Source: a virus
DNA length: 64,000 nucleotides
Direction: 5' to 3' (one strand)
IMG/VR virus record: IMGVR_UViG_3300020473_000017
How positions within the stretch are numbered: the first letter of the stretch is position 1; each line of letters opens with the position of its first letter. Below are positions 43,636 to 54,700 of the stretch, piece by piece. The notes under the pieces were generated by a model, which was not told the origin of the DNA, did no database searches, and was given only the letters and a program-made list of their open reading frames with translations. Made by a program: the position numbers and the translations under genes.

Positions 43636-44802
43636 TTAGAATCCTGTGTATCCGTACATTAAGGTACCATATTCGGAACCAGCAGCAGATGCTGTTCCTG
43701 GAGGACCACTCCTATCCATTCGACTATCTCTTTGGAAACTATGACTTGCATAAGTGAAGAGATAACCATTGTTATTCTGGGAACCATCATACTGACCACA
43801 AATGAAACCATATTCATTTCCAGTATGGAATGTTTCCTCACCAGTAGTTATGCCATTTTTACTGACAGATGCTCTACGACCACCATTGTAAGAATCTCTT
43901 ACATGCCAGTCACTAGAAGTACGATAACCACCACCAGTGTTCCAGTACCCAAAACCATTTCTACTTGAGAGTGTTTTGTTAGTACCGTCAGTTCCTGGTC
44001 CGTCTGTCCAACCATGGAATACTTCGGTAGAGAAGTTGAAACTTTGTTTACTACCAGTAGCAATCCAACCTACAGTAGCACCTTGTCCACCAGCAGGGTT
44101 GTTCTGTGTACCATTGGGATGGGTTGTACTAAACTGATTTGCAGCAGTTGCTAAATTATATTTCACCAAGTTGCTACTATTACCACCACCATGTACATAT
44201 GCATAAGTAAAATCTTTCTTCATGCAGGTAGCTCTATGTTTTGTTCCTGCCATAGAGGTTGCTGCACCAGTATTGGTTTCTGTTACCATACTGATAGATG
44301 ATACTAGGTCAGTAGTTGCGTTCCAACTATCTCCAGTACAGAATATGTAACTCTTAAATGCTGTGTTCCATGCAGAATCAATATAAGCACCTGACCATGT
44401 AGTTAAATCTCCTAAGTTAGTCTGGGTAAATGTTGAGTGTACAAGTCTATTAACGTTCTTGTAAGAGGTTCCTCCACGATATCCACACTGACTAAATCCT
44501 CTAGTTATATCAAATCCTGCTTTATATGCTGCCTGATTCGCACCTCCTGCAGTTCCTTCTCCACCTTCATCCCAATAAGCCTGACCACTACTACCACCAG
44601 ATCTCAGAACAGCACCAATGTTAGTTACATCCTGAGTTGGTAGAGTTACAAATGGTTGTCCATTTTGTAATAAAGTACCAGTAAAATCTATATTTCCAGC
44701 AACAGATACATTACCAGTAAAAGAAGCACCACCCGTCGGAAAACTTACAGCTCCCGATTCGGCTCTATTTGTTACTTCATCAACTTTAATTCTAGATGCC
44801 AT
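43636..44802 (-). CDS. Fibre-tip-like protein with Kelch-like beta-propeller
   Basis: MASRIKVDEV adaptor-like start, GNIDFTG.LLQNG.PF fibre motif, about six GY/GG-containing blade repeats. Confidence 0.65.
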   Translation of the reverse strand: MASRIKVDEVTNRAESGAVSFPTGGASFTGNVSVAGNIDFTGTLLQNGQPFVTLPTQDVTNIGAVLRSGGSSGQAYWDEGGEGTAGGANQAAYKAGFDITRGFSQCGYRGGTSYKNVNRLVHSTFTQTNLGDLTTWSGAYIDSAWNTAFKSYIFCTGDSWNATTDLVSSISMVTETNTGAATSMAGTKHRATCMKKDFTYAYVHGGGNSSNLVKYNLATAANQFSTTHPNGTQNNPAGGQGATVGWIATGSKQSFNFSTEVFHGWTDGPGTDGTNKTLSSRNGFGYWNTGGGYRTSSDWHVRDSYNGGRRASVSKNGITTGEETFHTGNEYGFICGQYDGSQNNNGYLFTYASHSFQRDSRMDRSGPPGTASAAGSEYGTLMYGYTGF

Positions 44803-44814
44803 GTCGTTTCCGTA

Positions 44815-45777
44815 TTAATGTAACCAAAGGGTCCAAGCGTTTGTATAACGATACTCACCATAAGCATCTGTTGTTCCCCAAATCACCTGACAAGGTGCTG
44901 AAGAACTTCCTCTCTCCGTACCAAAAGATAGAGGTCCAATATTTTGAGAGTGAGAGTTATTACCACTAGTCAAGTTACCTGGATCAATAATAAGCATATT
45001 GCTACTAAAGTTTCCAGATGTATTACCATCAAAAATAACAGCCCAATAACCACAACCATTGTTCTGGTATGGTGAATTATTTACAATACCACTAAAGTTC
45101 TGAGTAAATGCACAGAAGTCAGCAGTATGAAAACCACCAGAAACATAACTTGCTTGGTAATGAACTTTAGTCAATTTGGGTAAACTACATCTAATTGTAG
45201 ATAGTGAGTTACCACCAGAGTGAGTTTGGTTTCTACCAATTCTATGGGTACCTTGTCCAATAGTATCATTATTAGTACTGGTATCTGAGTTACTATTCCA
45301 AGCAGGGATAATCGTACTTGGAGTTCCATATTCAGTATGTGCTATAGCAGAGTTATTTGCACCGAAGAATGCAGCATCATATTTAATCCACCCATTATCT
45401 CCAGTACCAAAACGATCAGTTGCATCATAATCAAATTCAAATGCTCCACTTCCAGGTATTGTTACCCATACAGTACCAGATGTTTGGTTACCTTGTTCGT
45501 ATGCATCCTTACCAGAAAATGCAGGATTACTTGAAGACCCACCACGGTTTCCTCCACCGCAGTTTGCCCATCTATCTCCAGTCCAAACTTCCAAAGATGC
45601 TGTATCCGTGTTGAGAATCAACTCACCGACATAAGGGTTTGCTGGTCTACTACCTTGAGCATAATTTGGTAATCTATATCTTCCTGAAGTACAGTGCAAT
45701 TCATGTCCTGCAGGAATTTCAATCTGATTATTATAAGTTGCAATTCCTTGCAAATTGTGTACTGATAATGTGCTCAT
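44815..45777 (-). CDS. Fibre-tip-like protein (putative receptor-binding domain)
   Basis: MSTLSVHNLQG start, RPANP..GELI.NT...LEVWTG..W fibre motif, Gly/Asn/aromatic-rich C-domain. Confidence 0.65.
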   Translation of the reverse strand: MSTLSVHNLQGIATYNNQIEIPAGHELHCTSGRYRLPNYAQGSRPANPYVGELILNTDTASLEVWTGDRWANCGGGNRGGSSSNPAFSGKDAYEQGNQTSGTVWVTIPGSGAFEFDYDATDRFGTGDNGWIKYDAAFFGANNSAIAHTEYGTPSTIIPAWNSNSDTSTNNDTIGQGTHRIGRNQTHSGGNSLSTIRCSLPKLTKVHYQASYVSGGFHTADFCAFTQNFSGIVNNSPYQNNGCGYWAVIFDGNTSGNFSSNMLIIDPGNLTSGNNSHSQNIGPLSFGTERGSSSAPCQVIWGTTDAYGEYRYTNAWTLWLH

Positions 45778-45780
45778 AGT

Positions 45781-48700
45781 TTAAACAATCGTCCAGGATC
45801 CACCGTTATCTATAGTAACTGTGCTACCGTTATTTATAGTCAATGGCCCCGCGCTCATGCAGCAATCTCCATTAGCAACAGTGATGCTTTCTCCAACAGA
45901 ATTTCTATTACGCTTGAATACCCCGTGAGAATCGATCCATTGCTTGTCGCCACCTGCTCTTAGAACTGTGCTCTTCTGTCCAGAAGATAGTCCTTCAGAT
46001 GCATTAAGGTTTAATCCACTATCTCCAGTAACTTGTACTCTATATGTTGACTGAATAGAGTTGCCACCTGGTTCGTGGAAATGACATCTACCACCCTGAT
46101 CCCATGATGCAAATGTTTGGTCACTATCATTTCTAAAGAAGAAGTCATCACCAGTCTTAATATAAGTATGACTATTATTAGCAAAGTAGAATCTTTGCTG
46201 ACCACCATCATCTGATATCCAAGTGTTAACTACACCCTGTAGATAAGGTAGGTTAAGTGCACTATAACCATCAAGTAAGTCTGCATTCAGGTTAGTACAT
46301 ACAGTAGTAGAACTAACACTAAGTGGTGCAGTACCAGTAGCAACAGTAGACTTAAGTTGATTGTCAGTTTCAATAGCACCACCAACATTCAATCTTGAAC
46401 CAGCTCCAGTACCAGCTGCCCTGTTAATAAACCATCTACCAGTAGCTTGATAGATCGCAAGGTTACAAGATCCAGTAGTAGCTTGAGCATTGATAGTTGC
46501 TGCAGCACCTGGATTTGCAAATCCTTTAAGAACAAAATATGATACGTTAGCATCATCTGCACCCATGACCCATGCATTATCATTATCTTTATCATCCCAT
46601 GTAATAGAAGGAGATCCACCACTCGTACCAAGTAATATACGACCATCATTAGCAGCACCAGATTCAAAGGTTGCCCATGCAGCAAGACCATCTTGATCCT
46701 TAGTGACATGTAAAGGTGATCCAGGATTAGATTGTCCAACACCTAAACGTGCATTACGGAAGTATACACCATTGTATGATAAGTGAGTTCCATTCCAACC
46801 AAAGTCATTAGTGTCAGTACCAAAGCGGATGTAACCAACAGTACCACTGTTTCTACCCTTGATGGATAGAGAGTTAGTTGCTGCCTTACCTAGGTCAACA
46901 CCATTAGCACCAGCAAGTTGTAAAACTCCAGTACCAGTGTTATTGAATGTACCTTGGTCACCAGTTAGATCGTTAACTGTAAGGTGTCCAGAAGCGTCTC
47001 TACGAGCGATTGTATTAGCATTTGCTGCAGTAGACTGAGTGAAACCATCTAAGTAATGAGCGTCTAGCTGTGAGGAACTACCATCGTTACCTGCGTGCCA
47101 CACGGTGTTACCGTTGACGGTGATATCACCAGTATTAATTCTTAAAGTACCATTTCCGTTATTGGTATTACCACCAGAAATGTAGAACTGAACATCGTAA
47201 TCAGGAGCTTGTCCCGAAGAACGGAAGTCAACTGTTGGAGTTGTAGAAACAGATCCCTTACCAATTTGTAGTTTAGCACCTGCAGCAGCATCACGTAATC
47301 CAATAACAGTAGTAGAACCGCTAGAGATTGGGTTGGATGATGTTACAGTCCACTTAGTACCTGGGTTAGGACCAACAACATATATGTTTGCGTTAGTATT
47401 ATTACCAACAAATGCGATTGTACCTGTTACTAATGAATAAATCTCACCAGATGTATGAGTAAGTTCACTAACACCATTAGCATCAACTACGATAGAACCA
47501 ATGTTGTTTGTTGCACCTACATCAGAGTAGATAGTGTAAGTACCACTTGGGTTAATGTTACCATTAGCACCAGTCCTACAATGGAAATCTGGAATGTATA
47601 ATGTGTACTTCAGACCACTATCATTAAGATAGAAGTTCTCGAAGACCATCTTGTCTTGACCAAGAACTTCAGGTAAGAACATATCACCCATAGGTGTATT
47701 GATTCCACCCTTAGAATTACCGAAGTTATAACCTGACTGATACCATAGACCTTGTGATCCATCTAGTTTATCAGCATCTAGGCCACTCGCAGCACCATCA
47801 TTAGCACCTGACCAAATCTTAGACCAGTTACCATATACAGTGTTACCTCCACTGTTACCTCTAATCCAAAGGTTATCATTATCAGTGTAACCGATTTGAA
47901 TAGCAGCAGAACCTGTTGCTTCCCTTCTGTAGGTCATGATACCGTGTGTGGTACCACCGTCAGTTAAACCAGTTGCACTATTATTTCTTAATGCAGCAGA
48001 AATACCGTTTGCTGCCTGTGCAGGTGATGGGTTAGAAGTTAGAGATGCAGTCTCGTTGAATACTCTGTTTGCTGTGTCAGCAGTACCAGAGATAGAAATA
48101 TTATATGTTGTATTTGCAAGACGTGCGGGATCAAGTGTACCAGCATTCAAACTACCAGCGTTCTGATAGAATGCACCGTGGTTACCATCCAGTTTATCAG
48201 CATTAAGTTCTGATCCTGGTCCTTGGTCAATAGTTACCTGACCATCATTATCAATTACGAAACCACCTTCTGATTGGTTACCAACTGCTTGGTTAGCAAC
48301 ATCCTTACGGAAACGGAATACACCGTAGTTACCATAGACAGTAGCGGCAGGAGTAAGGTTATCACCCTTCCTCATGTCAATTTCTATGTTACCATATACA
48401 CGGTTAATAGTACCCTTAACAGCAGTTAAGATTGCTCCATTACCACCACCAAATTCTGCAGGTATTGTTATACTAAATCCAGCAGTATATCCTGTACCAG
48501 AGTCAGTTACAGTAGCAGATGTAATAACACCACTTGTAACTGTATAAGTTGCTCTTGCAACACCACTATCAGTAACACTTACGTTACCACCTTCTAATGG
48601 TAAGTTCTGATAAGTACCGTCTGTGTATGAAGTACCACCGTTAGTTATAGTGATGGTGTCAATATATGTACTGTCTGTGACAGATCCATCAATAACAATA

Positions 48701-51700
48701 CAATCCTGAGTAGCAGGTCTAATTGCTTGTAATGCATACTCCCAAGAAGAATCACCACGTAAGAATGTGTAAGAGTTAGATACACCTCTACTTGCTAATC
48801 TCTCTGGGTCAATAGTACCAGCAACAATGTTAGAAGCATCAATGTTAGTTGATGTTAACTGTGTCCAGTTCGCTGCATTAGAAGCAGAAGTATTAATTAC
48901 CCTTGTAAGGTCAACAATTCTCTTTCTAGCAAAGTTACCAGAAGTACTTGCTGAAGCAGCAGAAGTTACTGTATACTGGTTAGCATTAATTAGAGAAATT
49001 GTATAGAAACCATCAGCACCCTGACCACTTGTAAAGTCTAAGAAAACAAGGGATGCGTTTGATAAGTTATGTCCAGTCTCATCAACTGTAATGGTAGTAC
49101 CAGATTGAGAATAAGTACCAGTTCCTTCATTAGCACCAGCACCATCAAGGATAAAGTCACCAGCATCAAACTTGATATTGTTTGCAATGTTGATGTTAAC
49201 TCTACCTTCAATTTGAGCAGCAAGAACTGCATTATTGTTAGTAGGTGAGTTAGGTGCAGTTACAGTTGGCTGTGAGTAGTATCCAGAACCAGGGTTGGTA
49301 ATAGTAACCTTAGTTACGATACCACTTGTTACGTTAGCAGTAGCAGTTGCCTGTGTGCCAGATCCACCAGGTGCAGAAATTGTTAGTGCAAAGTCACCAG
49401 TATAATCCGCACCACCATCAGTGATAACGAAGTTATAAATTTGACCATCATTAAAGGACTGAACAGTACCACGAGCAGTAGTAGAACTACCAGTTAGGAT
49501 AGCACCATTAGTGAATGAGTAATTACTATTCGGTGTGAATGCTAAGAACTGAGATTCTAAGTCATTCTCCAAGATATAGGAGATTGCAGTACCATCAGTT
49601 GTAAACGTATGAGTACCTGTACCCTGACCAGTAAGGTCAATAGCAGTACCATTTGTTGCGTTTGATGATGTAGAAGCAAGTTTAACAGTGTTGTCATCAA
49701 CCTTGATAACAAAGTACTTGGTAGCAGTTGAAAGTCCACCAATCGCTGTTGTTCCCTCAGTATATGTTAATCCATCACCAGTATTTGCACCATGAGCTGT
49801 GATGGTAATCTCTTCAGTACCTGTATTAACTGAAGCAGGAGCAACGCTGAAGTCTACAGCAGTTGTCTCAATAGCAATGTCACCAGCATTTGCGTCTTCA
49901 ATAGCAAGTCTTTCTACCTGAGATGTAACAGAAGTAATATTGAAAGGACGTAAAGCAGGTATCTGATCAATGTTAATCTTACCTGAAGACGTTAACTGAA
50001 CCAGTGCAGATGGAACTGCGTTTGTTGAATATGGCTGGTTGAGGTATGGTCCTAGGTTATTTGAAATATAATCTTTAACTGATGCCTGAGTAGGTAGTAA
50101 ACTATCAGATGCGAATGCACCACCTAAGTTGTCATCATCAGAGAAACCTGTAATCGTGATGTCACCACCAACGATCTTAATGGATGATAGTTCAGAGATA
50201 CTAACAGTACCAACGAAACTAATAGCACCAGTTCTGTTGAAGATAGTAACGAAATTACCAACCTTGAAGTCACCAAATTCGTTAGTACCAGATGTATAAA
50301 CCTGACCGAAGGCTTGTTCTGAAGCTTCGTATGCAGTACCTAAACCAAATCCACCGTTCTGAGGTAGAGCAGCATAGGTGTTACCAGATCCAGAATATTC
50401 CCAAGTATGTGATGAGGAGTTAACAACAGATGGTCTGTGGAATTGGATTGAGCGATTGACTAAGTTACTTAAGTTACCGTTAGCATAACTGTTCCTAGTG
50501 TTAGGAGCTGCTGTATCGGTATAATCCATCGACCTGTTGGTCGTGATCTTAGCAACTACCTGAGTTCCAGGAGCACCACTGACTACTTCTGTTTCAAGAA
50601 TGATATGCTCAACAGCAGGGTCAGTTGGATTACATCCACCAATTCTAATGATATAATCTTCTGTTGGAATATTGGTTAATGTTGTACCAGATACCTGAAT
50701 GACCTGTCTGCCAGATTCAACTTGGTTGTTATCAACATCATTAGTAATACTATCAATGACACCAATGTCAAAGCTGTATGGGTCTTCTCTAAATCCAGTT
50801 GCACGTAGAGAGTACGTACCAAAGTTAGATGCAGAGTTAGTAATAGATGCATATCCACCAGACTGACAAACAACACCATCTTGACAGAAGATAGCGAACA
50901 CAGAAACGACCTGTGTATATCCATCATTAGTGACGTTGTATGCAGTACCACCAAAAGATATAATGGTAAATGCGTTTGCAACCATCGACTTACCTTGTGG
51001 GTCGAACTGTGCAATACTATTACCTTGTGCGTCTAATTTAAGACCTGGACGAGGTACGTTTGGTGTAGCAACCTTAGCACCGTCAATATCACAACCAGAA
51101 CCTCCAAGGAATGATATAACAGAAGAGTTCTGAATGAATGGTGATGCTTCGACTACTGGTAAGTCTAAGAATAGATTGAGTAGTGGGAACTTGTACTTAG
51201 CAGCATCCTGTTCAGTAATAAGAGGATCTGGTTCTGTAATAGTACCACTGTATAAAGTACCACTGGATAAAACGTTATCTAAAATACCCCAGTTGGTAGT
51301 TAGTGCAGATACAACATTAGCACACTCAGGAGCACTTGAATCTATAGTAATAGAACTATTAGAAACAGGAGCAATATTTGAGAAGAAGCCTGGTTCTAAA
51401 TCATTTCTTATTGCTTTGATGCAAAGCTCTTTAGCATATGCAAAGATAGCACGAGTATAATCTACTTCTTGAGTAACATGTGCAATAGCACCACTAGAGA
51501 TATACTTGTTAGCAGATTCAACTATTGAAGAGTTACCAGTGTAACGAAGGTCATACTGAAGTGCTCTAACAATATGAAGAATATCATCTAAACATTGTTG
51601 ATCACCAGGTGAGAATGTTCTAGTTACAGCAGATAAATCACCGTATGAACCATCTGTACCAAGTGCAGTTGTAATTATACCAAAGAATGTATCAATTGCA

Positions 51701-54700
51701 GATACTACATCAGTACATGTTGGTGTTGTGGCACTAGTATCAGTAGCATGAGCTAAACTATCAGTAGCAATTGCTTGCTCAACAATAGAGAATAAAGTAT
51801 CAACAGTTGACTTAGGAGTTGTACATCCACCAGGATCAACTGTAATTGTTAGATCCTTAGATTGACCTACACCATGCCATCCTCTAATATTTACAGTCTC
51901 ATTAGCAATAACTTGTTGAGTAATATCACTTGCAATCTCCATGACTGCACGAGCATAGAACTCCTCACCATCTACGTGAGTGGTTCCAACAAAGTATCCT
52001 GCATGATCGTATACAGCATCGTTACCACCATTAACAAGGTTGTAAGCAACTGCTCTTAGAACATCAGATACATCATCCTTACAATCCTGATTATGATTAG
52101 GGATTGAGAATCTTGCAGCAGCAATTGGATCTGTTATACGAGGATAGGTGTAGTTTCCACCACCCTGAGCACAACTATAAATTATAGAATTAGTTGCAAT
52201 CTTAACTGTAGATCTAGCATGACTAATAGCATCAGCTGCAGCACCTTGATAAGTATGAGTTGTAGTGTTAGTAGAAGGAACTGTATCTAGTACTTGTACA
52301 TCAAATGTGTTCGTAGTAACATTAGAAATAATGACCCACTTGTTAGCAATTGGATCTGTCGAACGTGGATATGCAGTTGTTCCACCGCTACCATGAGTAC
52401 AACTAAAGCTTATTGCACCAACATCAAACTTAACTTTATCACCAACAGCAAATCCATGACCGTTGATAGTAACAGTCATAATACCTGTAGTAGGATCATA
52501 CGCACCACCAGATGCAGTATGTGTTGTAGGAGCTAGTAATTCATTAGATCCGATAGTTAATACTAGATCACCTGTAGCTGGGGTATATGTTGAAGATGAT
52601 GGAATATAATTGTTTATAGTAGAAGAAGTTGATCTCTTAACACCATTAGAAGTTGCACTTACAAATGAGTGTGCATAGTTACCACCAGTGATGACTGAAT
52701 TACCTAGTGCAGACTGATAAGCATGAGTTGTAGTGTTAGATGAGATACCAACATCAACAGTAATTGTAGTTCCTGTTGTTGCTACGATAGGAACTGAAGT
52801 ATTGTGTGACTTATCACGCTTCTGTGTGATTCCACCTGTTGTAGCAGATACAAATGCATGAGCATCTGTATTTGTTGATGGGATTGTAGATAAGACTTGA
52901 ATTTCAAATGTAGTTGAAGTTACATTAAAGATCTTCTGCCATTTTCCAGAAATAGGATCACCTGATCTTGGATATGACTTCTGTGCAGCAGGACCAGAAG
53001 CACCGCCAAATGCACAACTGAATGTAATAGAATTATCAGCAAGTTTAACCCAATCACCGTTTCTCATTCCATGAGAAGCAGTTGTCTCGACATGTACAAT
53101 ACCTGATGATGGGAAGTAGTGAGTACCACCCTTGGTTATAGCACCAGCAGATGTTCCACCCTGCCAAGTATGAATATAATCACCACCACTAGTAATAGCG
53201 TTAGTTGCAGTGAATCCAGGCTTCCATCTATGAGTAGAAGTATCTGAAGCAGTACCAACGTCTAGAGTAATTGTTGTTGCTGTTACAGCAGTAATGTTGA
53301 CCGCTGTATCGTATGCAGGGTCATCTGAGGTTGCTCCACCTTGTCCACTAGCACGAGGATATAAATGATCAGATCCATAGCTATCAGTATTACACTGGAA
53401 GCTAAGAGACTGATTAGCAATCTTAACACTGGTGTTTGCCTTAAGGCTATGAGCACCAATATCTAAAACCATAATACCTGTAGTAGGATCATATGTTGCA
53501 TCAGTTACTGTATGTTGTACTAAAGGAGATTGTCCAACATTTAAAGTAATTGTATCTGAACCTACTGCTTTAACAGGAATAGACTTTCCGTAATATGGGT
53601 CACTTGCTCTTGGATATGTCTTAGTTGAAGTGTTGCCATCCATTGTGCAATTGAAGGACAATGAATCAGGCTTAACGAATACGCTATCGCTAGTTGTTAA
53701 TCCATGACCATTACCAACTGTAAGAACCATATCACCACTGACTGCATTATAAGAAGCACCAGTGACATTGAAATTTGTACCACCAATTGCTGTATGTGAA
53801 TCAACTAATGCTCTTGGATATGCGTGCTCAGTTGATTGACTATCCTCATCACACTTAAATGTGATAGCACCAGTTGTAAGTTTAATATTTTCTTTAACGT
53901 GCTGAAGTCCATTACTAACAGCAGATACAAATGTATGAACATCATCAACTGTTAGTGCTACACCACCAGTACAATCAAACTTAAATGTATTTGTAGTAAC
54001 ACCCCAGATATTGATCCACTTACCAGCAATGGGTTGACCTGCTTTTGGATAAGACTCATTACCACCGCCACCATAAGGGCAACTCATGGTTATAGAACCA
54101 ACAGCAAGATTAATCTTATCTCCTTCTTGGAAACCGTGATCATTAATGGTCACAGTCATAATACCACTATGATTCTCAAGAGTTGCATCCGTTACTGTAT
54201 GAGAGGTAGGAGCCGCAAGGCTATGATTACCTACGGTAATCTCCATAAGACCCGTTGTAGGGGTATATACAGCGTTTGTGGGGGTGAACGTAACAGGTGG
54301 TGTAGTACCTACATTAATATCAAAAGTATCAGTAGTAATGTTAGAAACACTCTTCCAAACATTAAGTGCTGGATCAGTTGATCTAGGATATGTGTGCTTG
54401 GAGAAGTTGTCATCCATTGAGCAAGTAAAGGTCAATGAATCTTGAGCGACCTGTACTTTCTCACCAACTGTGAAACCATGACCAGGAATTGTAAGGGTTA
54501 GTACACCTGTAATTGGTTCGTATGCTGCATTAGTTACTGAATGCTGTGTGAAACCAACATCATTGTATACAACTGCTCTTGTTACAGAATTTGCTGCAGC
54601 ACTTACGAATGTATGTGGAGTAACGTCAGTTTTTGCCTTACCAACATTAACTTTAATATTATTAGCGTCTACCTTAATTACACCAAGATACTTGTTATAG

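Noticed and set aside
1989-51014. Short alternative-frame minus-strand ORFs nested in core genes (e.g. 2959-3210, 5081-5398, 17803-18093, 46389-46742, 50676-51014)
   Set aside because: They lie fully inside conserved genes, with Leu/Met-rich off-frame composition and no independent signals.
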